DNA of 64,000 bases from positions 62,001 to 126,000 of IMG/VR virus record IMGVR_UViG_3300044641_009805. The stretch is one strand, 5' to 3'. Within the stretch, counting starts at the first letter, position 1, and every line of letters begins with the position of its first letter. A program made the position numbers and the translations under genes. Below, in pieces: positions 1-8,055 of the stretch. The notes beneath the pieces are model-generated. The model was not told the DNA's origin, searched no databases, and worked only from the letters and a program-made list of their open reading frames with translations.

Positions 1-135
1 AATGGTCAACCGATCAAGAAGAAGCGTGGGCGTCCGCCGGGGACCAAGAACCGACCGAAGGAGATCGTGGTTGCGGAACGTAAGGCCAAGGCAGAGATGA
101 AGGCCAAGAAGAAAGCAAAGCGTAAGAAGGCTTGA
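1..135 (+). CDS. 3' end of a basic AT-hook-containing protein (partial)
   Basis: Frame 1 reads NGQPIKKKRGRPPGTKNRPKE...KAKKKAKRKKA-stop(133-135); KRGRP is an AT-hook core. Confidence 0.6.
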   Translation, partial: NGQPIKKKRGRPPGTKNRPKEIVVAERKAKAEMKAKKKAKRKKA

Positions 136-142
136 TGGCCAT

Positions 143-216
143 GCCGCTGTAGCTCAGACGGATAGAGCAGATCATTCCTAACGATCAGGCCACAGGTTCG
201 ACTCCTGTCAGCGGTG
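143..216 (+). tRNA. tRNA-Arg (anticodon CCT)
   Basis: Acceptor GCCGCTG/CAGCGGT, D-arm GCTC/GAGC, anticodon loop TT-CCT-AA (175-181) with one A-C mismatch closing the stem, T-loop TTCGACT; CCA not encoded. Confidence 0.9.
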
Positions 217-249
217 CAAAGTTAACCTCAAACAAGGTAAGGTAGAACC

Positions 250-1092
250 ATGGACACGCAAGAGACGCTTCAACGGGCAGCTCAGCTATTGCGAGTAGCT
301 GACGCACTCATCATCACGGCTGGAGCAGGAATGGGGGTGGATAGCGGTCTGCCCGATTTCCGAGGAGATGAAGGTTTCTGGAACGCCTATCCGGCGTACA
401 AGCACCTTGGTCTCACCTTCTCCGACATGGCCAACCCGAGGTGGTTTGAGGATAACCCGGCGTTGGCATGGGGATTCTATGGTCACCGGCTCAACCTGTA
501 CCGAGCGACCCAACCTCACGCAGGCTTCGACGTTCTTAAGCGTCTTGCTCGAGGCATGAAGCATGGTGCCTTCGTCTTCACGTCTAACGTGGATGGTGCC
601 TTCCAGAAGGCTGGTTTCGACCCTGATCGTATCGTGGAATGCCATGGATCCATCCATCACGTCCAGTGTACAAAGGGATGTGGCATCGGCATTCTGCCTG
701 CAGAACGTGTTAAGATCGACGTGGATTCCAAGACGTTTGAGGCCCAGAGCCCGCTACCCGCCTGCCCGCGCTGCGGAGAGCTCTTGAGGCCAAACATCCT
801 GATGTTTGGCGATCCGGGATGGAATTTCTCTCGTGCCGATGAGCAAGACGAGAGGATGACGGAGTGGGTCCGGACCTTAGCAGATCGTCATGTCGCAACC
901 GTTGTCATCGAGTTGGGCGCAGGCAAACACATCCCCAGCGTGCGGGCGAAGAGTTCTTTGTTGTCAAACAAACTCAATGCTCCACTCATTCGCATCAATA
1001 CTCGAGATTCCGATGGTTTCCCCAATACGTTGTCGTTGCCGATGAAGGCAAAGGAGGCTCTCATCGAACTGGAAATCTTGTCAAAATCTTAA
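250..1092 (+). CDS. Sir2/CobB-family NAD-dependent deacylase
   Basis: GAGMGVDSGLPDFRG, TSNVDG, ECHGS, two Cys pairs, RPNILMFGD, ELGAG sirtuin motifs. Confidence 0.92.
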   Translation: MDTQETLQRAAQLLRVADALIITAGAGMGVDSGLPDFRGDEGFWNAYPAYKHLGLTFSDMANPRWFEDNPALAWGFYGHRLNLYRATQPHAGFDVLKRLARGMKHGAFVFTSNVDGAFQKAGFDPDRIVECHGSIHHVQCTKGCGIGILPAERVKIDVDSKTFEAQSPLPACPRCGELLRPNILMFGDPGWNFSRADEQDERMTEWVRTLADRHVATVVIELGAGKHIPSVRAKSSLLSNKLNAPLIRINTRDSDGFPNTLSLPMKAKEALIELEILSKS

Positions 1093-1183
1093 CACCACGC
1101 GGTGCAAACCTTAGACCCATCGTGATATACTGATTTCAACGCTGGCCACTAACCACAACCTCTTGACCTTGAAAGAAAAAGAA

Positions 1184-1375
1184 ATGAGCAACGAGAACAG
1201 CAACATCAGCACGGACACCTGCGACGACTGCGGACGACATGGCCCCGGGACACGTTACGTGCAGGACGACTCGACGACATACTTCATCTGCATGTCGTGT
1301 GGGCCAAAGCAATTCGAAAAGACCGCACGTCGGGACATCGACTCATGGCTGGCAGGAGGTGACTTCGGGGGATGA
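1184..1375 (+). CDS. Small Zn-finger-like hypothetical protein
   Basis: CDDC...CMSC; ATG at 1184 downstream of promoter copy 1103. Confidence 0.65.
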   Translation: MSNENSNISTDTCDDCGRHGPGTRYVQDDSTTYFICMSCGPKQFEKTARRDIDSWLAGGDFGG

Positions 1376-1626
1376 GCTGGAATTACCGAGTTGTCCGCAA
1401 GATCCTCTCTGGTGAAGGATACACCACAACTCAGTACGGAATCCATGAGGTCTACTACGATGACGATCACGTACCGACTTCATGTACCGTCAACCCTGTC
1501 ACCCCTTATGGTGAGTCCGAGGACGAGTTGGCCCAAGACGTGCGGCATTACGCCTCGGCCTTGGAGAAGCCGGTTCTTGATTACGATTCGATCGGTGTAA
1601 AGTCAGAGTCGAACGTGGTAGAGTAG
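1372..1626 (+). CDS. Phage hypothetical protein (WNYRV...IHEVYY type)
   Basis: ATGA overlap with the upstream stop; similar to 2579-2839. Confidence 0.75.
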   Translation: MSWNYRVVRKILSGEGYTTTQYGIHEVYYDDDHVPTSCTVNPVTPYGESEDELAQDVRHYASALEKPVLDYDSIGVKSESNVVE

Positions 1627-1630
1627 AACC

Positions 1631-1765
1631 ATGAAGAACAAGAGGAAGCAAAACCCTATCGCCGTGGCCATGACTCTTCGACACGCCACGACGACAACCC
1701 GTATGAAGGATCGTCGTAACCGGCGCCCGAAGGACGCCCGCCACAAGGAGGACTGGTACAAGTAG
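1631..1765 (+). CDS. 44-aa basic peptide, leaderless (not in ORF track)
   Basis: ATG 6 nt after TAGAGT box; MKNKRKQNPIAVAMTLRHATTTTRMKDRRNRRPKDARHKEDWYK. Confidence 0.75.
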   Translation: MKNKRKQNPIAVAMTLRHATTTTRMKDRRNRRPKDARHKEDWYK

Positions 1766-1782
1766 ACCCAACGGGTTTACCA

Positions 1783-2082
1783 TTGGCGCAGCAGAGATAC
1801 ATTGCGGCAATGGCACGAAAGAAGAAGCAAGAGGCACAAGATAAGCAAGCCTCGATAATCGAGATTCAAATACCGGAAGCAAAGATGGTTCCTGCAAATC
1901 AAGTGGTGCCTGGACAGGTCGTCAAAATTCCAGGCGGTGAGTTTCACAAGGTCGTATCTGTGGATCCCATCCTCGACCCGTCTCACCCTCAGCTCTGGGG
2001 CAATGAAGTCATTGCCAGGGTACAAGATGGCGGGGGAACGAAGCTGGTGATCCTGAAGGGACGGGTCGAACTAGCGGCTTGA
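1783..2082 (+). CDS. Hypothetical protein
   Basis: ORF fills the gap co-directionally; start uncertain. Confidence 0.55.
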   Translation: MAQQRYIAAMARKKKQEAQDKQASIIEIQIPEAKMVPANQVVPGQVVKIPGGEFHKVVSVDPILDPSHPQLWGNEVIARVQDGGGTKLVILKGRVELAA

Positions 2083-2093
2083 TCCTGACACCC

Positions 2094-2172
2094 GGATGAC
2101 CCAGGAGAGGTTTTTAGCAAATCATGGAAGGTTACCAAGGGGTGGCTTTTCGTAACCTCTCCTGGGTCATCC
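2094..2172. repeat. 79-bp palindromic element, copy 1
   Basis: GGATGACCCAGGAGAGG-N45-CCTCTCCTGGGTCATCC with GGTTACC (2130-2136) on the dyad axis. Confidence 0.95.
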
Positions 2173-2214
2173 TCAGGTAGTGTAAAGTCTCAAGGAAAGT
2201 GATATATTAAGACC

Positions 2215-2493
2215 ATGACCGAGGTTCTTGAGTCGATTCCGATTGATCCCATCGTAGAACACCCGACGGATGACATCGCAGCTGGGCCTCTACTTGAGAT
2301 CATGTTCGAAGGAGTTTGGATCCTGGCAGAGGAGGACGTGTTCGGGTGTTGGACTGGGTTGCGGAGGAAGAACGGCGAAGAGATCCATGGGTCGATCTAT
2401 CCTCTCGGGGGGAAGACGTTCTACACAGGTTCTCGGGTCTGCGGGTGCAAGGCATGTCAGGAACATGTGGAGGCGAAGTTCAAGAAGAACTGA
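2215..2493 (+). CDS. Hypothetical protein, leaderless
   Basis: ATG 6 nt after TATATT box; C-terminal CGCKAC. Confidence 0.75.
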   Translation: MTEVLESIPIDPIVEHPTDDIAAGPLLEIMFEGVWILAEEDVFGCWTGLRRKNGEEIHGSIYPLGGKTFYTGSRVCGCKACQEHVEAKFKKN

Positions 2494-2495
2494 TC

Positions 2496-2582
2496 ATGGA
2501 TGAGATGACATTTGGCGACAAAGTTCTGGCTGTTCTCACCATCGGCATCGTGCTGATGGTCTTCGCGATGGAGTTGAAATGA
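2496..2582 (+). CDS. 28-aa single-TM peptide
   Basis: MDEMTFGDKVLAVLTIGIVLMVFAMELK; tightly coupled to both neighbours. Confidence 0.55.
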   Translation: MDEMTFGDKVLAVLTIGIVLMVFAMELK

Positions 2583-2839
2583 AGTCAGACCAACGCATCG
2601 TGAGGCAGATCCTTCCATCAGGTGCCACCTACGATGGTATCTATGAGGTCTACTATGATGAGGAAGGTAGACCTACATCCAGGGCCACTCAACTGTCTAC
2701 TCTCCTCGCCCCAACAACAAAGGCTCTTGTCATAGGACTGAGCGACATGAGACGGGCTTTTGATCGACCTATCTTGCTCGAGGTGAACGATGAACAAGGA
2801 AGATTCGTAGAGATATCTACACAAGGAGACATGACATGA
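2579..2839 (+). CDS. Hypothetical protein, paralog of 1372-1626
   Basis: YDGIYEVYYDEEGRPT vs YGIHEVYYDDDHVPT; AFDRPIL vs ALEKPVL. Confidence 0.7.
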   Translation: MKSDQRIVRQILPSGATYDGIYEVYYDEEGRPTSRATQLSTLLAPTTKALVIGLSDMRRAFDRPILLEVNDEQGRFVEISTQGDMT

Positions 2840-3057
2840 CGACATTCTACAACCAAGAAAAAGCAGCGCTGCTCCAGGCTTTCGTTGCAATCCTCAATGA
2901 TGCAGAGGCCATCCTAGACAAGATCGAAGCCCTTGACATCACGCACAAAGGAGAACCTGATCACGATCATCTGGCTCTGAACGACCTGGTGGCCGACGCC
3001 ATCGAACTCGCGGAGGGGCTACGCGACGCCGCAGACAGCGTCAAAGAAGGAATCTAA
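2836..3057 (+). CDS. Hypothetical helical protein
   Basis: AGGAG SD and ATGA overlap. Confidence 0.7.
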   Translation: MTTFYNQEKAALLQAFVAILNDAEAILDKIEALDITHKGEPDHDHLALNDLVADAIELAEGLRDAADSVKEGI

Positions 3058-3065
3058 CCAAGCGG

Positions 3066-3284
3066 TTGGAAGATACCTTAGACCTGCACGGGGTGTCTCA
3101 TGAGGATGCCTCTGAAATGGTCCACAGGTTCATCAATGATCATTGGGTAGAAGGGTGGACCCTTCACGTCATCACGGGAAACTCTACGAAGATGAAGTCC
3201 ATCGTTCAATCCGTCCTGAACCTGTATCAGGTCGACTGGATTGATGACGAATGGAACGCTGGCAGCATCAAGATTTTTACATAG
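3066..3284 (+). CDS. Stand-alone Smr (small MutS-related) domain protein
   Basis: LDLHGVS.EDA...LHVITGNS...NAGSI Smr signature; TTG start. Confidence 0.8.
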   Translation: MEDTLDLHGVSHEDASEMVHRFINDHWVEGWTLHVITGNSTKMKSIVQSVLNLYQVDWIDDEWNAGSIKIFT

Positions 3285-3324
3285 CTTGTTGTAAAGTCAC
3301 TGAAACAAATGATAGGGTATAATC

Positions 3325-3537
3325 ATGCGGATCTTGCCGACAGACAACGTCGACCTGACGTACTACTCTTCTTCACATCTTAGGTCGATCGGCGAAGCTC
3401 TTGTCGAACGTTTGAAGAAGGGTCAGGTAAGCCTGGTCGGGCTAGATCAAGCTGCTCTAGCGGCTGCAAAATCAGGGATGCCGACACTCCGCGATGTTCT
3501 CAGGTTGAAGGAGGCCTGCAGGCTTGCGGGGGTGTGA
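3325..3537 (+). CDS. Hypothetical protein, leaderless
   Basis: ATG 6 nt after TAGGGT box of copy 3290. Confidence 0.7.
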   Translation: MRILPTDNVDLTYYSSSHLRSIGEALVERLKKGQVSLVGLDQAALAAAKSGMPTLRDVLRLKEACRLAGV

Positions 3538-3803
3538 CAGTGGCGTGGATTGATGACCATAGGATCCTGTTCATCTTCAGAACGGCCATGGAATCATTGA
3601 AGAGAGGAGATGAGGCCTCAGCTCAGTTCTATCTGAAACAAATCCCCCCAGAACAAATGGAGTATGTTTGGGGTCTTGTATCCCAGGCGACGGGTCGACC
3701 CATCCATGAACTTCGTAAACCTTGGTGGAAACGCCACATCAAACTGTTCGTTTCGGGGTTTGTGATTCTTGGAACCATTCTTTACTATACCACACGAGGG
3801 TAA
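3534..3803 (+). CDS. Hypothetical protein with C-terminal TM
   Basis: GTGA overlap; hydrophobic LFVSGFVILGTILYY. Confidence 0.65.
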   Translation: MTVAWIDDHRILFIFRTAMESLKRGDEASAQFYLKQIPPEQMEYVWGLVSQATGRPIHELRKPWWKRHIKLFVSGFVILGTILYYTTRG

Positions 3804-4025
3804 ATGAACAACGATGAATTCAATGACTTGATCATGCGACTCCGCGACTCCTCCACCCCACCACATCTGCGTGAGGAGGTCATCATGGCACTCAAACACC
3901 AACGTCAGATGTTAGAGGATATTTACCTAGGGGCGCGCAACGGACTTCACGTAGCACCAGAGCACCTTGCAGGGGTCGCCCTCGGTAAAACAGGTTACGG
4001 GGGATTGGGTGACATGGGATTCTGA
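3804..4025 (+). CDS. Hypothetical protein
   Basis: Abuts upstream stop; GAGG SD. Confidence 0.65.
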   Translation: MNNDEFNDLIMRLRDSSTPPHLREEVIMALKHQRQMLEDIYLGARNGLHVAPEHLAGVALGKTGYGGLGDMGF

Positions 4026-4026
4026 T

Positions 4027-4251
4027 ATGCAAACGATGACGTCATGCTGGGTGATTCGCACCAAAAATGGTGTTCGAGGTGGACAAGAATTCGTCTACTG
4101 GAACCTTAATGAGGGTTGGGTCTACGATCCAATGTTAGCGACTCGTTATGCAGACGAAGCGGAGGCCTGCGGGTCGATTGCAAACTATGCTGCGAACGGG
4201 TTGTTTCCAGAAAATGGTGTGTCCGCTGTGCAAATCTTCACGACGTCGTGA
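4027..4251 (+). CDS. Hypothetical protein
   Basis: ATG 1 nt after upstream stop; 3' end contains promoter copy 4229. Confidence 0.6.
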   Translation: MQTMTSCWVIRTKNGVRGGQEFVYWNLNEGWVYDPMLATRYADEAEACGSIANYAANGLFPENGVSAVQIFTTS

Positions 4252-4263
4252 TACAGTACGAAT

Positions 4264-4485
4264 GGGTCCATAAATGTGGTTGCGATGGTGACATCGATTC
4301 TGGTTCGAATCCAGATGGATCCCCTGGGATACAGGTCGTGGTAACTTGTAATCCTGACCAAACAATCGTTATGATTGTGGTCATTAGCGGCATGAAGGGC
4401 TGCCACGACAGGAAGCTGCCGATTAAGTAGGTGAACGGAGGACCTTCTTCCTCCATAGTAACTAACCCCGGGTTTCGGAGGAAAC
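4264..4485 (+). ncRNA. Candidate structured RNA: 5' tRNA-like module (4264-4323) plus multi-hairpin domain
   Basis: Starts exactly 6 nt after TACAGT box; acceptor GGGTCCA/TGGATCC, T-arm TCTGG-TTCGAAT-CCAGA, no D-stem, GNRA-capped CGATG/CATCG hairpin, then four more hairpins. Confidence 0.7.
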
Positions 4486-4486
4486 A

Positions 4487-4831
4487 GTGTACAACGATTC
4501 GATTTTCAAGCTAAAGTTGCAGATCGAATTTCTGAATAAGGGTGTCGTACCCCTTGCGTGGAGGCAAGAAAGTGGAGCTCCGACCCACTTCGACATCAAC
4601 AAGATCCTTGCCGAGTTCCCCCCGGACGAGGCCCGCGCGATGAAGCGCAAGTTCCGCAAGCTCTGGAGGAAGCTGGTTGAGCACAGCCTGAAGCGTCCAG
4701 GAAAAAACTCCAGGCGCCGGCTTCATAACATCGAACATGGCGAGGCGATCCCATCCCGCAAGGCGAAGAACTTCAGAAAGGGCGAGGTCCTCAATGCCAT
4801 TCACCGCAAAGTTGCCAAGGCACCCAAATGA
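4487..4831 (+). CDS. Basic hypothetical protein
   Basis: GGAGG SD at 4477-4481, GTG start; MKRKFRKLWRK. Confidence 0.75.
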   Translation: MYNDSIFKLKLQIEFLNKGVVPLAWRQESGAPTHFDINKILAEFPPDEARAMKRKFRKLWRKLVEHSLKRPGKNSRRRLHNIEHGEAIPSRKAKNFRKGEVLNAIHRKVAKAPK

Positions 4832-5109
4832 AGCTGACAGGAACCATGTGGCAGGTGAAGCCCTACGCTCCATCGATATGGGGTAACATCACGGATCATC
4901 CAGCGACGTACGTTGACGTCATCAACAACCGGGTGACCATGATGGGATGCATCCGGCCAGGAGACACGATCCTCATCATCTCTGAGAGAACGAGGTTCTC
5001 CGGTCTGGACAAATACCTCGAGGCTGTCAAAGTGGCCACTCCTGTCCCTGGGTGGTGCAATGCCACATATTTCACCAGCGACTCCTTGTGGATGGAAAGA
5101 ATCGCATAG
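4828..5109 (+). CDS. Hypothetical protein
   Basis: ATGA overlap; stop abuts promoter copy 5111. Confidence 0.65.
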   Translation: MKLTGTMWQVKPYAPSIWGNITDHPATYVDVINNRVTMMGCIRPGDTILIISERTRFSGLDKYLEAVKVATPVPGWCNATYFTSDSLWMERIA

Positions 5110-5146
5110 GTGCAAATCTGCACCTGAACAAGATATAAACAGCATG

Positions 5147-5317
5147 ATGACTCGTGAGGAAATGAAGGCCGCGGCCGACTTCTTGAGGAAGTACGCCACT
5201 GCCGTGGAGACGAAGTTGTACTGGAACATGTCGACCAGTGAGGCGAAGGCTGAAATCAAGGAGGCCAAACATCTAGCAACGTTATTGGACGAGGCAGCAG
5301 AAAAAGAGTGCAACTAG
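5147..5317 (+). CDS. Small hypothetical protein
   Basis: ATG 5144 or 5147 just after TATAAA box. Confidence 0.65.
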   Translation: MTREEMKAAADFLRKYATAVETKLYWNMSTSEAKAEIKEAKHLATLLDEAAEKECN

Positions 5318-5351
5318 TTACACGCACGTGTACACGGGAGCGGTTTTTTGA

Positions 5352-5738
5352 ATGAAGCGATCTGACACCGAGATGTTGCTGATGGCCGCCGGTGCAGGCC
5401 TGCGTAAGTCCGACCTACGGGCATTCAGACTTGGTGCAGTAGGCATCCGGAACGATGGTATCCTCGTATCGGCATCCAATGGTCCTGCCCCTTTCCCCCA
5501 TCCTGATGCCCATGCTGAGGCTCGGCTGACGATGAAGCTGACTCCCGGGTCTGAGATCTGGGTGGCACGTGTTCGGAAGGATGGAACCCTTGGTATCGCC
5601 CGGCCTTGTCCCCGGTGCATGGTGCGTATCCGGGCCGCCGGGGTATCTCGAGTGGCCTACACGATTTCAGATATAGAACATGGAGTGATCCATTTGCACT
5701 CCGGTGGTGAAGTAATGAAGCCGATGAGAGGGCGATGA
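5352..5738 (+). CDS. Zn-dependent cytidine/dCMP deaminase-fold protein
   Basis: HAE ... PCPRC deaminase motif. Confidence 0.85.
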   Translation: MKRSDTEMLLMAAGAGLRKSDLRAFRLGAVGIRNDGILVSASNGPAPFPHPDAHAEARLTMKLTPGSEIWVARVRKDGTLGIARPCPRCMVRIRAAGVSRVAYTISDIEHGVIHLHSGGEVMKPMRGR

Positions 5739-5741
5739 AGC

Positions 5742-5933
5742 ATGCGTGTCAAGAGAATGAAAGAAGGCAAACGTGTGACGCATGAGATGTCGCACAGGGA
5801 GAAGCTTCACTACGATCCTCACCTCGACGTGTACTGGATCGTGACGTTGTTGCCTGACGGGACGCAACACATCGGGTCGCCGTTCGCCACGAGCGCCTTG
5901 GATACCCTGTACAACGCATCTTGGGGGTCGTGA
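5742..5933 (+). CDS. Hypothetical protein
   Basis: Co-directional ORF; start uncertain. Confidence 0.5.
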   Translation: MRVKRMKEGKRVTHEMSHREKLHYDPHLDVYWIVTLLPDGTQHIGSPFATSALDTLYNASWGS

Positions 5934-5987
5934 AAAAAAAGCGCGGGAGCAGTGCAAAGTTTGCGGAAGAAAGTGTATACTGGGACC

Positions 5988-6176
5988 ATGGACCACGTCA
6001 AGAAGCTCACGGTCGTCGACGCAGACAACTCCCGCGAGTACCGCATCGAGGTGGAAGAGGGCCCGCTGCCTTACACGACGCGGATCGTGTTCGGGCCAAG
6101 CTTCTCGATCACCCTCCAGAACGAGGACGTCGCGACGCTCGCTCAGCTTCTCATGCAGGCTTCTTCGGACGTCTGA
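5988..6176 (+). CDS. Hypothetical protein, leaderless
   Basis: ATG 6 nt after TATACT (5976-5981). Confidence 0.75.
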   Translation: MDHVKKLTVVDADNSREYRIEVEEGPLPYTTRIVFGPSFSITLQNEDVATLAQLLMQASSDV

Positions 6177-6230
6177 AAAAAGTTCTCCACCCGGTGCAAA
6201 GTTCCACTTCGAAAATGTATATATAGGATC

Positions 6231-6593
6231 ATGAACAGCATCAAGTACGTGGCCATCCTCAACGACACCATCAAGACCCTCCGACTCAATGTCGATCCGG
6301 CGCAGCTGAACCACCTGCGTGCCGCCGCCGCGGAGATCGACCAACTCCGTGGAGAGGTCGCCGACCTCGCCTTCGGCCTGTCGAAACGGCTCGCCGCCTA
6401 CGCGGCCGACATCGACGCTGGCCGCACCAGCGTCGAGCTACCTACCGCGTCGATGAAGGGTGCGAACGACCTTCTCTTCATGCAAAAGAAGAACGACGCC
6501 CTCCTGCGAAAAGCCGAGGGCTTCCCGCTCCTCCTCACCGGGGCTCTCGGTTTCGAAGCCGAGAAGAAGTTCTTCGAACTCATCCGGGGCTGA
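6231..6593 (+). CDS. Hypothetical protein, paralog of 13595-13957
   Basis: Promoter copy 6195; AAAEIDQLR...KRLAAYAADIDAGRT...FFELIRG. Confidence 0.8.
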   Translation: MNSIKYVAILNDTIKTLRLNVDPAQLNHLRAAAAEIDQLRGEVADLAFGLSKRLAAYAADIDAGRTSVELPTASMKGANDLLFMQKKNDALLRKAEGFPLLLTGALGFEAEKKFFELIRG

Positions 6594-6647
6594 AAAAAAG
6601 TTCTCCCCTCGGTGCAAAGTTCTACCTCGAAAAGGTATACTGAAGCC

Positions 6648-6920
6648 ATGAACACCTTCCCGATCATCCTCGACGGTTCGAAGTTCGACTGGTACAACGC
6701 CTCCGCCGCGCACGGCATGGGATCGATCAGCGATCATCCTGGCTTCCCGCAGTCCGGCTGGGCACCGGGTCAGGTCGCGGTCCGCAGCCACCGTACGGGC
6801 AAGGTGGTGGCCTTCAAGTTCGTCGAGATCGCCAACGACGGCGAGGGCAACGTCAGCCTCAACTACGAGGGCACTCTCCCCGACGGCCGCTACTGCGCAC
6901 TTTCTCTCGCGGTCGGCTGA
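6648..6920 (+). CDS. Hypothetical protein, leaderless
   Basis: ATG 6 nt after TATACT (6636-6641). Confidence 0.75.
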   Translation: MNTFPIILDGSKFDWYNASAAHGMGSISDHPGFPQSGWAPGQVAVRSHRTGKVVAFKFVEIANDGEGNVSLNYEGTLPDGRYCALSLAVG

Positions 6921-6961
6921 GGGCAGTGCAAAGTCAACCTCAGGTAAGGTAAGGTAGAACC

Positions 6962-7192
6962 ATGAAGCGAAACTCCTCTCCCAAGTCGAAGGTTCTCGAG
7001 CTGGCTTCCTTCTGCGTCTCGGAAGGCACACCCCTCGAGGTCCGCAGCACCCGCATCAAGGGGCGGTTCGGTGGCGACTTCCTCGTCGAGGTCGACGCGG
7101 GCACTCAGGTCTTGGCCCGAGCCCGCCACCGCAACTGGCGCACGGCCTACAAGCTTCTCGGCATCGAACTGTCACGCCGGGGTGTCGCCTGA
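6962..7192 (+). CDS. Hypothetical protein, leaderless
   Basis: ATG 6 nt after TAAGGT. Confidence 0.75.
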   Translation: MKRNSSPKSKVLELASFCVSEGTPLEVRSTRIKGRFGGDFLVEVDAGTQVLARARHRNWRTAYKLLGIELSRRGVA

Positions 7193-7228
7193 GTGCAAAG
7201 CGCACGGTGAATGAGGTAAGATAGAACC

Positions 7229-7960
7229 ATGGACGCCACACCCCGGATCGAAGCCCTCCGCACCGCTAAGGCCATCATCGGCTCTCACGGTGTGGTTGCG
7301 CACATGAACAAGTACAACCGAGAAGTCCTCGCTCGGGAGGTGACCGAGGGATCGACGGGGATGCGGTGCGACTTCAACCTGGACCCCGCTCGCAGCGCCT
7401 GGCACGAGTCCAACCCGTCGGTCACGTTGGTGGTCGCCTACAATGCGGACCCGAAGGGGGCACAGCTCAATGATGAAGGTGCCATGGTGCTAGAAAACTA
7501 CCTACGTATCGCCGTGGGGACTTCAGGCGGCGACATGGACCTAGAGACGCTGAAGCAGCGGGAAAGCATGGTCTCGATGGTTGCCATGCTGGGAGAAATG
7601 CTGACAACGACGTTGCCCCAGAAGATCACGTTGACCATGGAGTCACCCGCTCAGGTGGTCGAGAGGACACAACGCCAGCACGAGCAGTTCGTTGGCAAGC
7701 AAATCTACGACAACCTCGGTGAGGCGGCCTTCAAGGGCCTCCGCGTCGATGGCTCAGGCCGATTCGTACGCCTCACTTCCACCTACGCTTCTGTGGCCGG
7801 AAAGTACCCGGATTCTGGGACCTACCGGTTCCGTCACGTCCGTCGAGTTGACCGTAGGGGTTGCCCCAAGGAAGTCGCCAACTATTCGATCCGGGTGTTC
7901 GGGTGTGGAGACGGTAGCCTCCCTCCTTCGGTCGCGATTCATCGCATCAAGGCAGTGTAA
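7229..7960 (+). CDS. Hypothetical protein, leaderless
   Basis: ATG 6 nt after TAAGAT; its TAA lies inside the next TGTAAA box. Confidence 0.8.
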   Translation: MDATPRIEALRTAKAIIGSHGVVAHMNKYNREVLAREVTEGSTGMRCDFNLDPARSAWHESNPSVTLVVAYNADPKGAQLNDEGAMVLENYLRIAVGTSGGDMDLETLKQRESMVSMVAMLGEMLTTTLPQKITLTMESPAQVVERTQRQHEQFVGKQIYDNLGEAAFKGLRVDGSGRFVRLTSTYASVAGKYPDSGTYRFRHVRRVDRRGCPKEVANYSIRVFGCGDGSLPPSVAIHRIKAV

Positions 7961-7990
7961 AGTTCCTCAGAGAGGTGATAGAGTAGAACC

Positions 7991-8017
7991 ATGGAAACGA
8001 TCAAGATCGGCATCTGA
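7991..8017 (+). CDS. 8-aa leaderless upstream ORF METIKIGI
   Basis: ATG at the canonical position 6 nt after TAGAGT; TGA at 8015-8017. Confidence 0.45.
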   Translation: METIKIGI

Positions 8018-8055
8018 CCCAATCCACCCGCCAACCTTCCGCCCAGGAGAACTAC

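Noticed and set aside
4116-4430. ORF 4116/4248-4430 and overlapping minus-strand ORFs
   Set aside because: Region is better explained by base-paired RNA structure starting at the promoter +1; no convincing protein features
4324-4485. HDV-like (theta), hammerhead or pistol ribozyme after the tRNA-like module
   Set aside because: Could not thread the nested double pseudoknot or a CUGANGA/GAAA core by eye; a covariance-model search is still needed
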